A stretch of 62,436 nt of DNA from Welwitschia mirabilis (GCA_051453625.1 JBOZIK010000001.1:46241276-46303711); one strand, 5' to 3'; shown: positions 41,083 to 53,264, counted from the stretch's first letter. A program made the numbers and translations. The notes: generated by a model from the sequence alone, not told the origin.

Positions 41083-42000
41083 CTGACACACATGTTGGCC
41101 CCCAGCAGATTGAACGTAAGACAAACAACACAGCTCTATATCAAAATGGTGTCATTCATGTGAAAGTGTTTTGGAAGGTCTTTCTTGTAAGCAGTGACAT
41201 CTGATCTCTCTAGAGTGATAGACTCACATATTTTGTCTATCTCCAAATAATCTTGAGCTCAGGTGTTTCCTTCTCCTCTGTTAGAAGCTACTAGTAGTTG
41301 AGAATCTTGTTCTCTCCCAGAGATGGCCAGATGCCCACGCTGAAGTTCTCGAAGACCATATTTAGAAACCTTTGTGGCATTAGGCATCAAAACCACTTTT
41401 GTCCCTCTGACTAAGGATCCTAAGTCATGCTTTCGAGGGTCCTTTACTTGCTTCTTTGAAAAGAGGATTCCATAGGGTTCAATAATGACTAGTTAACTTT
41501 AAACACCCATCAGCCTTTGAATACTTTTGGTCTCTCTTGTGACTGCCTCACCCTTCCTTGGGTTCTGCTCTATAGGGGCAAAAGAGGACCCTCTTTTGGC
41601 AAACACCATAGCTACAAGCATGAGTGAACACCCAATATTCAACCCAAAGTCAACAAAAAATAAGTACAACGTAACTTATGAAATAATATGGAAAAAACAA
41701 TATAATAACATCAAGCGTACATGTTTCCAGTGGCGTCAATTCCTATGCTAGTCGTAAATTCCTGATAAGAACTTATACACGACATCTATTTGAGCATTGC
41801 GGGCATGAATTCATGATATCACAACAGAAGCGACACATGCTATGAATTCATGGCCATCAATTCCCCCTGCACATCAAGAACAAGTCGGATGTGATAACCC
41901 TACATGTTGATTTAAACTTGGATGTCTCACCTCAACTTAGCATCATTTTAAACCCTAGGACAACGCCCTACAACTAATGTTTGGCAGTGTGCGACGCTTG
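41083..42000 (-). pseudogene. Intron-containing RING-HC (C3HC4) zinc-finger gene remnant
   Basis: Exon 41866-41721 reads WP*IHSMCRFCCDIMNSCPQCSNRCRV*VLIRNLRLA*EL. It is flanked by GTGAGA...TGCAG (41930-41867) and a U-rich GTACGC...TTGTAG (41720-41612). Splicing keeps the frame into a ~160-codon stop-interrupted exon from 41611. The upstream exon gives ISCRAC with one frameshift. Confidence 0.65.
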
Positions 42001-42509
42001 CAATTTAATCAAAGACAAAAAAACACGAACGCAACACGTAGAACGCTTAAATTCCTAACGTGTACTAAGTGAGAATAAACTAAAAACAGTAAGAAAATCA
42101 AAAAATGAAGACCACTATACAGGCGGATAGCTAAACCTCCTTGTACAAATGCATAACACTGGAACCCTATCGCAAGCTTAGGACACGCAGCAAAAACCCT
42201 AAAACTATGATACGATAGAAAGCTGGAGCAAACAATATATGAACTCCTCCCTTACGTCTATAAAATGAAAGCAAAAGAAAGGTGGCCTGAACTCGCCTCA
42301 ATATCACCGCCATTGCATGCACCGCCAAGCCTTATAAGTGCTCTAAAATATTTGCTACAAGTTGCACCACACAATGTCACAAGCGCATTTGTAGAGCTGA
42401 AGTTGCATTTTCCATAATCGATTAAAAAAATCATTTCACTATCTATGCATTTTTAAAACCACTTCTATACTTCCCTGTACCAACACTCAGCTTTTCTTTT
42501 CTTGTAACT

Positions 42510-42961
42510 AAGATATTACACCCAAGCATAATATCCACCACCACTAAGATATTACATTCAAGTGTAGTATTTGTTGATGCTTAGATACCATGTCCACCAT
42601 GATATTATTTTCCCTCTTTCCTCTACTCTCTCAGCCAATGTGTTCTCATTTCTCCTCCTATCATGCCTTTTATTTACCCCACCCTCACTTACCCTTACCA
42701 CCTGTCCTACCAACACAATATCATGCCAACGTGATATCTTGCCTTCATGAGATATTATGCTAATGTAGTATCTTGTGTTAATGTCCTTTAATGAAATATC
42801 ACATTAGTGATATCTTCCCCCTGTAATAAGATACCATGCTTATGTAATATGTTACCCTTTTAATGGGGTATCACGCCCATGTGAAACTTTGCCCTTATAA
42901 TGAGATATTACACCCACATGATATCTCCTCCTTTAACCTAGATACCTCTCTATAATGTGAT
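42510..42961. repeat. Degenerate ~37-bp tandem array with an internal inverted repeat GATATCAC-N4-8-GTGATATC (~10 units)
   Basis: Units at ~42512, 42548, 42584, 42717, 42751, 42795, 42830, 42867, 42904 and 42941. Confidence 0.75.
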
Positions 42962-44148
42962 TGTTAGGATTTTATATTGCTAATTGATATCAAACTAATA
43001 TGATCTTTGTAGAATAAAATGCGATTTTACAAATGCAAGAAACTAAAGGATCCATAACCAAACGAGAGTCAAGATTTATACATGTTCTAATTGAAGTAAA
43101 TTAACTTTTTGTCCTAAAACTTAAACTAGGGCTTGACCGAAGCTGGAAACACACATTTTAAGCTACTTCATATAGGGTTGACCTGATCTTTATGGGGTCG
43201 ACTGGACCTGGAAATGCACTTTTTAAGCTTCTTTATATAGGTTACTTCATATGGGGTCGACCGGACTCATGTGGGGTCGATCGGACCTGAATAAAGGTGG
43301 TCAACTAAATTTCAGGTGGGGGCGATCGAATCAAGTAACGTGAGTTACTCTGGTAGACCGAATGAAAAAGGGGGTGACTGGATCAAGTGACCTAAGTCAC
43401 TCAGGTCATCCGGATGTTTGGAGGGATCGACTGGTCAAAGCAAAAGCGAAACTTTTCAAGCAATTTTCTAACCATTATTTCACCAAATCCATCTGTCGTA
43501 AATGTCAAACTCCTTCCCACCTATCTAACGACTATATTTTAAGGAAATCTATATAAAGAGGTTACACTCAAAAACTTGGGGGTAGATCAAACTGATTTTG
43601 AAAAAGGAGGTTGCACTCTTGATTTCAAGAGCTTATCTTTGTAACATCATTCATCTCTCTCTCAGTACTTAACTTTGTGCTAAATCTAAACAATAAGGCT
43701 CCATTGTTGATACTTACATTTGAATGACTTAGAGCATAAAGGCTTCATTCTATCACTCATCCTTAAAGGTTTTATGAAGGTTGAGGCTTAGCCTAGAAAA
43801 GTCTATTTTATAAAGATTGAGACTTAGCTTGAAAAAAGTCCATTTTATGAAGGTTAAGACTTAGCCTATCAAAGTCTACTCTGTAAATGTTACATGTTGA
43901 CTTAAAAACCTCAAAATAAATCAACAAGGATCTAGATTAGCTTAGGATTGAAGTTGATAGCCAAAAGTGGAGTAATATCTATCCTAAACCATTATAAATC
44001 TTGTCTTATGCATTATTTTGGTTCTACTTTTTGAGTTTATTTTGCTATCTTCTTTTATGTCATAATTTCTTTATTAGGTAGTAATAGTTATTTAAATTTT
44101 TTAGAAATTTTATTCACCCCTCCTCTAGGTTTATTTATAGATCCTTCA
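42962..44148 (+). repeat. LTR1 (1187 bp)
   Basis: TGTTAGGA...TCCTTCA, GGTCGACCGG motifs, TATATAAA at ~43550, followed by a decayed PBS TGATATTAGATC (44151-44162). Confidence 0.92.
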
Positions 44149-44218
44149 TTTGATATTAGATCTCCAGGTTGAGTTAATACTAAGATTTTATCTAATCTTT
44201 GACTCCATAACCCTTGTT

Positions 44219-44320
44219 ATGAATTCTCTTGTAAAAAGTTTCTTTGTTTCTAGGCCTCCACCATTTGATGGAACAAATTATAGATATTAGAAGTCTAGAA
44301 TAAGAACATTCTTTTGACCT
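44219..44320 (+). pseudogene. gag: Copia gag N-terminal stub
   Basis: MNSLVKSFFVSRPPPFDGTNYRY*KSRIRTF matches the RPPxFDGxNYxYWKxRM gag start, then joins directly to 3' UTR sequence. Confidence 0.8.
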
Positions 44321-44853
44321 ATCTGTAAATTTGAAATAATCTGATGTTTCACTTTGTAATTAAAGCTTGTTATCATAAACATAGTATCAGTTGGTTTTCT
44401 TTTGGAAATTATGAATTGAAAATTATCATCTCTTCTAGTTGCTCGTTTTGGAGAGCCTATCATGATTATTTCTTTTTATATATGTATGGCATAAAGTTAG
44501 GAGAAGAAAATATGGTATTTCTCACTGCATGTCTAAGGTTTATAGCTATTTATCTCTCTTTTTTTATTCTTTATTATTGATGTCAAAAGGAGAAGAAAAT
44601 ATGGTGTTTTCAAAAAGATGTGTGCATAAAATTGCCATAGTTAAAAGTTAATCGAACTCAAAATGATTTTGTTTCAGGAGTATTGTTTTCCTTAAAAAAA
44701 AATACACCCTTTACTTAATACTATTCGTATGGCCTTATGAAAGAAAAAGCTTGTATTATGTTAATATGATTTATTACATTGATAAAAAAAGATCTTAAAT
44801 ATGAATTACTTTAAATCACTTATTTGTTTATTATTAATGTCAAAAGGAGATAT

Positions 44854-45497
44854 TGTTAGGATTTTATATTACCAATTGATGTCAAACTAATATGGTTTTT
44901 GTAGAATGAAATTTAATTTTATAAATGTAGGAAGGTAAAGGGTCCATAACTAAGAGATAGTCAAGATTTGGATGTGTTTTAATTATAAGACTTAAACTAG
45001 GGGTTAATTAAATCACCCTTGGGTTAATCAGATTTGGAAATATACATTTTGGACTATTTCATAAGGGTTCGACTAGATCTTTATGGGGTTGATGGGACCT
45101 AGAAATGCACTTTTTGAGCTTCTTCATATGGGCTACTTCATATGGGATCGACTGGATCATGTAGGGTCAACTAGATCTAGACAAAGATGGTTGATCAAAT
45201 TTTAGCTAAGGGTAACCAGATTAAGTGATGTGAATCACTTGGATCAACTGGATGTTTTAAGGGTTAACCAGTTAGAGTGGAAGAAAAACTTTTCAAATAG
45301 TTTTCTAACCATTATCTCACCTAATCTATCAATTGTAAATATTAGATTCCTTCCCAACTATCTAAGGGATATATTTTGGGAAGATTTATTTAAAGAAGCA
45401 ATACTCAGAACTCAATAGAAGATCGAACAGATTTAGAAAAAGGAGAACACACTCTTGAACTAAAAATCTTATCTTTATAACACCATTCTTCTCTCTA

Positions 45498-45550
<53 letters not shown>

Positions 45551-46102
45551 ACTTGTACTATATCTGAGTAATAAGACTCCATTATTGATACTTGTATTTG
45601 AGTGACTTAGAGCATAAAGGCTTTATTTTATCATTCATCTTTAAAGGTTTCATGAAGGTTAAGACTTAGCTTGAAAAAAATCCATCTGATAAAGGTTGAA
45701 ACTTAGCCTTAAAAAATCCATTTTATGAAGAATGAAACTTAGCCTAAAAAAGTTTATTTTATGAAGGTTGAGACTTAGTCTAAAAAAGTCTATTTTATAA
45801 AGGTTTAGACTTAACCTATAAAAGTTTACTTTGTAAAGATTACAAGTTGGTCTAGAAACCTTGAAAGAAAGCAATAAGGATCTAGATCAACTTAGGGTTG
45901 AAACTAATAGTCGAAAGTGGAGCAAGATCTAACTTGAACTACTACAAATCTTGTCTTATGCATTATTTTAGTTTTACTTTTTGAGTTTATTTTGTTATAT
46001 CCTTTTATGTTATAATTTCTTTCTTAAGTAGTAATAGTTGTTTAAATTTTTCAAAAATACTATATAATCCTTCCTCCTCTAGGGTTATTTATATATCTTT
46101 CA
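44854..46102 (+). repeat. LTR2 (1249 bp) with a (CT)n expansion at ~45489-45550 and a 36-bp tandem array at ~45650-45845
   Basis: Aligns to LTR1. AAGGTT-type anchors occur at 45656, 45692, 45728, 45764, 45800 and 45836. Confidence 0.92.
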
Positions 46103-46139
46103 AATTTACACATTTGGTAAAAAGATCAATAGTAAAAAG

Positions 46140-46520
46140 ATTAGGTACATTACTGAGCTTCTTGTGATAGCTAAAGGTTTGATTAAATTCACACATAATA
46201 ATATCTGAAGAGTCTAACATAATGTGATAAAGGCATTAGAGCCTTTGATCCGCTTCCTGAGGCCCATAGAAATTAGTAATTCTTCTCTTTTTTCTTTGAA
46301 AATCTAATTCACAGTGAGGTGATGATTACTCTTACTAATAGTAGAGATAGTACCATGCTTTCAAAGGATTATTAATCCTCCTTTTATAACCATATTTGAA
46401 ATTAAGATAAAGGACCAAGAGAATTTTGTATAAAAATGGCTAATTTTTATATAATTAAGCTTAGTTTCTTGAGCAAGACATATAGATACTAGCGAGTTCC
46501 TCAAAAGACCCCAATGGTAA
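46140..46520 (+). mobile_element. Possible hAT-family transposase remnant
   Basis: AKGLIKFTHNN, VIKALEPLIRFLR and YHAF..LLNP.F (with a frameshift) resemble the hAT AKxIxxFIYNH, EPLVxxLR and LHAAGxxLNP motifs, in the expected order but compressed. Confidence 0.45.
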
Positions 46521-47585
46521 GAAATTTTTTAGCCATTTTCAAGGCCTCTACAATTTCAAGAAATAATTATGAAAAGGAGACTTAAGATTACTTACCATCT
46601 TGAATATCTTCCTTTGTCTCCATTTTGATCTTGCCTTTTTTGATATTCATTCTTATTCTTATGTTTGTGTTATAACCCACATTTTGTAAGCTTTAATTAA
46701 TAAGGTTTCTAAACTATGTAAAACATTTTGATATTAATTTTANNNNNNNNNNNNNNNNNNNNNNNNNNNNNNNNNNNNNNNNNNNNNNNNNNNNNNNNNN
46801 NNNNNNNNNNNNNNNNNNNNNNNNNNNNNNNNNNNNNNNNNNATTATTTTTATTAGACTGTCAATTGTTGTGATATGATGTGCTCCTTGAAAGCATCATT
46901 ATGATATTTACCTTATTTTCATATGAGAACCTCATTACTGTATGGTCATTAATGCTATTGTGACTAGCTAAAAGAGGTCATATATACTCTAATTATTATT
47001 GTTGTATTGGATTTGCAACTCAATGACAATTTATTGTGAAGCTCTATCTACAAATTTTGAATATTTTGATTTCCACTTTACAATTAAAACTTGTTGTCAT
47101 GAACATAGCATCAGTTGGTTTTCTTTTAAAAATTATGAATTGAAAATTATCACCTCATTTACTTGCTTGCTCTGAGGACACTGTCATGATTATTTTTTAT
47201 ACATATATATAGTATAAAGTCAGGGGGAGAAAATATGGTATTTCTTATCACATGTCTAAGATTTATAGTTGTTTATCTCTATTTCTTTCTCCTTTGTCAT
47301 TGATGTCAAAATGGAAAGAAATATGGTGTTTTCGAAAAAATGCATGCATAAAATTGTCATCGTTAAAATTTAATATAACTCAAAATGGTTTTGTTTCAGA
47401 CATATTTTTCCTTAAAAGGAAATGCACTCTTTACTTAATACTATTTGTATGGCTTTGTGAAAGGGGGAGCTTTTATTATGTTAATATGTTTTGCTAGATT
47501 TATGAAAAAAAGAGCTTAAAAAATGAAATATTTATTTGGTCTTGGAATCACTTATTTGTTTGCCATCAATGTCAAAGGGGAAGAT

Positions 47586-48736
47586 TGTTACGATTTTATA
47601 TTGCCAATTAATGTCAAACTAATATGATCTTTATATAATGAAATGTGATTTTACAAATGCAAGGAGCTAAGGGATCCATAAACAAAAGATAGTTAAGATT
47701 TAGACATGTTCTGATCGAAGTAACTAAGGGTTGACTGAACATGGAAATACACATTTTAGGCTACTTCATATGAGGTCAATCAGATCTTTATGGGATTAAC
47801 CAAACATGGAAATGCACTTTTTAAGCTTCTTTATATAGGCTACTTCATATGGGGTCGACCAGACCCATGTGGAGTCGATCAAACCTGAACAAAGGCAGTC
47901 AACCAGATTTCAACTGGCGGCAACCAGATTAACTAATGTGAGTCACTCGGGTTGACCAGATGAAAAAAGAGATGACCGGATCAAGTGACGTGATTTGCTT
48001 AGGTCGACCGGTTGTCTAAAGGGGTCAACAGGTTAGAGTAGAAGAGAATCTTTTCAAGCAATTTTCTAACCGTTATCTAAATCTATCTGCTGTAAATGTC
48101 AGATTCCTTTCCAACTATCTAACACTGTATTTGGGGAAATCTATTTAAAGAGGTTACACTCAAAAACTCAGGGATAGGTTGAACTAATTTTGAAAAAGGG
48201 GGTTGCACCCTTGATTTGAAGAGCTTATCTTTAACATCATTCTTTTCTCTCTCAATACATACCTTTATACTAGATCTGAGCAATAAGGCTCCATTGTTGG
48301 TACTTGCATTTGAATGACTTAGAGCATAAAGGCTTCATTCCATCATTCAAACTTGAAGGTTTCATGAATGTTTAGACTTAGCTTAGAAAAGTCCGTTTTA
48401 TGAAGGTTGAGACTTAGCTTAAAAAATTCCATTTTATGAAGGATGAGACTTAGCCTACAAAATTCCATTTTTGTAAAGGTTGAAGGTAAACCTTGAAAAC
48501 TTGGTGGATAGTGAACTAACAAAGATCCGAAGCAGTCTTAGTTATTGGCTATCATCTGAGAGTAGAGTAGGGCTATCCCAAACCACTATAAATCTTGTTT
48601 TGTGCATTATTTCGGTTCTACTTTTTGAGTTTATTTTGTTATATCTTTTTAGGTCATAATTTAGTTTTTGGACAGTAGTAGCTGTTTAAATTTATTAGAA
48701 ATCCTATCCACCCCTTCCAGGGTTCTAAATCCTACA
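47586..48736 (+). repeat. LTR3 (1151 bp)
   Basis: Preceded by PPT AAAGGGGAAGA, termini TGTTACGA...TCCTACA, aligns to LTR1 and LTR2. Confidence 0.92.
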
Positions 48737-48899
48737 ATAATATCCATGCTTTTGCATACCCTATATATACTCTTTTTCAAGAAGATGAGATCTATATAGG
48801 TATGATCTCACCTTAGTATACTTTTTGCTAAACACCAACCAACCCTTTCCTTTGATCACTTTGCACACAATTCAACTACCTCTTCACTTTTCTCCTTGC

Positions 48900-51800
48900 A
48901 GGATGGATTTTTCTACTTCCATTCTACTCCCATTATTGTTGCATCCCTATTTATCTATATTTCACAATTCAACATAGAGTACCCACTTCAATAGTAGTTC
49001 ATTAACCTTGACAACATCAATAACTTTAATGTCTTTTCCATTAACGTCAATGAATAGGATGTCTCATTTAATACTTAGCTCCCTATCCTCAAGCAACTTG
49101 AATACAAACTCAAGGGTATTACCACTGATACACCTATTAAGATTAATCTAGAAATCCCTAATGCTCTTAAGATCCTTAAATATAAAAATTCCTTATTAGT
49201 TGATATTTACACTAACTTAATTTATGTGCTGACAACATGTTCCAAAGTTTCTACAGTCTTATTCAGCTATGCTAGGTCTCAGCCTGACCATTGTCTAGCA
49301 TAATATCATCCTAGATCCAATAATCAAATCAAGCAAGTAGAAATCCTTCAAGATGCATCTTAAAGTCTACCTTGCTCTTAAACTAGAACTAGATAAACTT
49401 AGTGTAGATTCAACACATTGATGGACTACTTTGAATGGGTTAATTACATAGTCATCATCGCAAAGAAAAATGTAACTATATGGATTTGCATTAACTTACA
49501 TGATCTTAACCACCTTACACTTAAGAATGTCTTTTCTCTATGAAATATTGATCAACTTGTCAACTTCACCATAGGGCATGAACTAGTGTCCTTCATGGAT
49601 GGCTTCTCAGGGTACAACAAAATCAAACTCAACCTTAAATATCAACTCAAAACCACTTCTATGACATGGGTTATGTTTTACTATACCATGATGTCTTTTA
49701 GTCATAAAAATGTAGGGGCAACATATCAATGTGTCATGAATTACATCTTTAGTGATATCCTCAACTCCTTTATCAATGACTATGTGCACAATGACACAGT
49801 CTGATCTAAGCTATCCATGGACCATCTTAGACATCTCAAGATAGTTTTGTAGGCTACCTCCAATACGATCTTCCCTAAATCCCAACAAATCAATCTTCAG
49901 AGCAACTATAGGGAAATTGTTGGTGTTTATTCTTTCTAAAGACAAAATCCATGTTGATCCAAAGAAGGTTAAGGCTGTTATAGGGATGCTGATGCCAAGA
50001 TATGCAAAGGAACTCTGAGGGTTCTAAGGCTGATTGAAGTCCATCTGGCACTTTATTTGTAACCTTTCAGCTAGATGGAAACTATTTTCACATTTATTGC
50101 ATAAGCATAGAGAATCCAAATGGAATCAAGATTTTTAGAAAGCATTGGATGATAAGCCTATCTCATCACATCACTAGTGCTAAATCCTCTAAGTGATAGC
50201 AAACTATTCTACATTTACTTAACCAGGACAAAAATTCTTTGGATGCACCCTTTGTCAGTGCAACAATAATGTAGATCTCCTAATCTATTATATTAGGAGA
50301 ACCCTCATCAATTATGAAACATAATATTCCAAAATAAAAGTTTTGTTTCTACCTCATCTTCACACTCAAAAAATGATGATGTTATCTTCTACATCAGAAA
50401 ATATATGTCATCTATTGAGATAACATACTTTACGCACTCAATGTTGCTGATTATAACCAACCCAATTTGGTTCATTGTTGACCAATCACAGTTGAACTTG
50501 ATATCCACTTTTTGGAACAATAGTAAGTGAAAGGGCAATCATCACAAGTGAGCTCACAACAATACCTCTTTTCGTTGGCCAATCCATTAATGCATCTTTC
50601 CCCGATGAGTGCCTCAACATCATTGCTATCGTCCATAATCCTGAAACTTGTACCTCCACTTCAGAATTCTACACCACCATGTAATTCAATTGCATGAAAT
50701 CTAACGATGGTGCTCCTGCCATAGCTACCTTTCTTCATGGGGACAATCACATCACTTTGCACATTTTGCTTCTTAACTTTCCAGTTACCACACATCATGT
50801 TGCTAAATATGAAGGCCTAGTTTGAGGTCTCTAGATAACACAATAGGATAATGTTCCATCAATCCTAGTCAATGGTGATTCTCACCTTATGATTAATCAC
50901 ATTATTGGATCTTACCAAAGCCAAAATAAAGACTTCGTCCCGTATCTCAACTTAGACTAGCCTTTGCTTAGTGAGTTTGAAACACATGAAGCCATCCACA
51001 TACCTGACATAGAGAATCACATTGCTGACCTTACTGCTAACCTCTTCCTTCATTTACCTATCACTCAAATTTCCTTATTCTCTCCAACACCACGAACCTT
51101 CACCTCATTACATCACTAAGCCACCAAGACAAACCTAATTTCCACTACCTCCAAATTACCTTCTGATGCAAAAGCATCGTTGGAAAAATGAAAATAAAGA
51201 ATATGTGTTATAGTTAAGGGTCTATTTGTTAAAGTTTTAGAGTTATTTTGGAGAAAATAAAGTCCATCGTGCGTAATTGCCATAAAGGCGCTATGTATAA
51301 TTGCCATGTAGGCATCATGTGTAATCAGCATATAAGGATTCTTGGTGAGAGGAATATTTCATGTTTAGAAAAATATAAAAGGTATAATGAATTTGTTAAC
51401 TTTAGAGGGAATAAAGATTTAAGGAATAGGCTATATTTAGATACTATTTTTAGTGAAAGGTATAAAAGGCAAACACCTAGAGGATTCTTTCATGATAAGA
51501 TTCTTCTTGTTCCCTCATAAATAAGAGGATGTGATGAGACGAATGGAATGGTTTGAGGAATGCTTTGGAAGATTCTTTGAGAGTTGGAGTGGAGAAGGAA
51601 GAAGTAAGGGATCTTGGAGTTGGGAGCTTGAGAGAATCTCTTCATTGGGAACTTGAGGTAAAGTTCCTTATGTAAGATCATGGCTTACTATTTGCTCTCT
51701 TGAAGTCTAGCAAGCATCAAGCATTAAAGTGATGAATCCTTGGTGAGGCTTTTGGAGCCAATTTTTGAGTAGATCTTGTGGAAGGTCTACCAATTTTTAT

Positions 51801-53250
51801 TTCAATTTATAAGCTTGTGATATCTCTATCATTAATATAAAAGATTATTTCATTCCCTCCAATACTCTATTCCTTATTTAGCATCTTCGGTTTTTCTATG
51901 TCTCACTAAATACATAACCCCAAAGGTGTCTGGAGTTTTCATTGTATTTGCTCTACATCACCTTAGTACCACAAGATCTATATGTACCTCCAACACTAGC
52001 AATTGTCCTATTCATTTTACCCAATCTCAATGAGATGGCTTATATCATTGCAATCTCTCCTATCAGATGCAAAATAATGTTTTACACAAGAAGGCATTTG
52101 ATAGTCTGCTACTCAAATGCCTGTACAAGGACGAAGCCTTATAAGCTCTGCAAGTATTACACGATGATAAGGACGATGGACACCCCAATCCTCATGCCAT
52201 GGATAAATGACATCTTCGCCAAGGTTTCTTTTATATAGAAGTAACTTGCACCCATAATGTGAGATGTTTTCACTAATGTCAAATCCATCGCTAGCTTATC
52301 CATATCTCCACTTCCTCCCTTCATCCTCTTCCAATATTCTTGGCCCTTTTGGGCTTGGGGCTTTGATCTCATCCATGCCATTTTACAATCTTCCTCTCAA
52401 CGTCACCAATTCATCTCCATCGCCATGGAATATCTCATCAAATGGGTTAAAAATATTCTCCTCTGCTCCACCACCAGCAATGTCATCACCTATTTTATTT
52501 TATCACATAACCTCTTATGCTTTGGCACACCTTAGAAAATCATTACTAATGATTACTAGTTTTAATCCAAAGAAGTTTCCTTACTTTGTCAACAAGACAA
52601 CATTCAACATTCATTCTTCTCTCTCCATTTCTCTTAAGTGAAGGACCAAGCTAAAGCATCTGATAAGACCATCATCACTTTCATGCTTTGGCGACCATAT
52701 GTCCTAGTAAGACACATCCATTCGTTATGCAAGCATGTGCATGTGAGACACATCCGTTATGGATGGTCGTACCAGACCAAATCATACCATTCATTGGTTA
52801 TTAGAGGCGTCTCGAAAACGGCTTTCTCCACTAACACGTACATATTATAATTGAAAAGAGTACAAAGCTCTTTATTGAATTTTAATTCATGGACCGAATC
52901 CATTTTGGTGAGATTTTTCACTCAAATTTTGTTCCATTGAGAACATCTTATTAATCTCTTTGACTTTTAAATTATTATTATGGGCATACCGCACTATGTA
53001 GAAAATCGCCACTAGTGAAATCCCCTTCTCTCTCACATTTGGTGCTAAGGCCATATTACTTATCTCGTTACATTATGAGCCCTTAACACTGGTGGCCAAC
53101 ATGATATTGAAACTCATCTTCATGAACTCACCCTTTTCGAAGTCCGCTGCCTAGCCATTGCCCTTCATATCTCTTATTATCAATCTAAATTTTGCACCAC
53201 CTTCAAATAACACATTCAATCTCATGATCTTGACATGGACATGGTTGTCC
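48900..53250 (+). pseudogene. pol: Tat/Ogre-type Gypsy pol pseudogene (RT-RH-second RNase H-INT)
   Basis: SFMDGFSGYNKI and KNVGATYQ (RT), IHVDPKKVKAV, second RNase H HVAKYEGLV*GL...VNGDSHLMINHIIGSY (~50795-50915), KAFDSLLLKCL (~52091), WAWGFDLI...AMEYLIKWV (integrase, 52350-52450). Confidence 0.9.
51178..51940 (+). mobile_element. Solo-LTR-like insertion between the second RNase H and the integrase
   Basis: Abrupt switch from C-rich coding sequence to purine-rich non-coding sequence with TATAAAAGG at ~51461. The pol frame resumes at ~51950. Termini and TSD are not resolved. Confidence 0.6.
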
Positions 53251-53264
53251 TTCAATGACCTCAT

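Larger units (their letters stand above)
42962..48736 (+). mobile_element. Non-autonomous Sirevirus-type complex with three co-oriented LTRs
   Basis: LTRs at 42962-44148, 44854-46102 and 47586-48736. Multiple PPT-like TGTCAAAAGGAGA/GGGGGAG tracts precede LTR2 and LTR3, there are C-rich CACCCC ends, and a decayed TSD GTGAT/ATAAT. Contains a 100-N gap. Confidence 0.85.

Noticed and set aside
40933..41204. ORFs with CVCVCV/ERERER and LSLSLS/HTHTHT
   Set aside because: Translations of the (TC)n(AC)n microsatellite.
42510..42961. CRISPR-like appearance of palindromic repeats with variable linkers
   Set aside because: Linkers are only ~15 bp and similar to each other, the repeats are degenerate, there are no cas genes, and the context is eukaryotic transposon DNA.
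45659..45874. ORF with repeated LSLNLYKIDFFR, leucine-rich-repeat-like
   Set aside because: Antisense translation of the non-coding 36-bp LTR tandem array.
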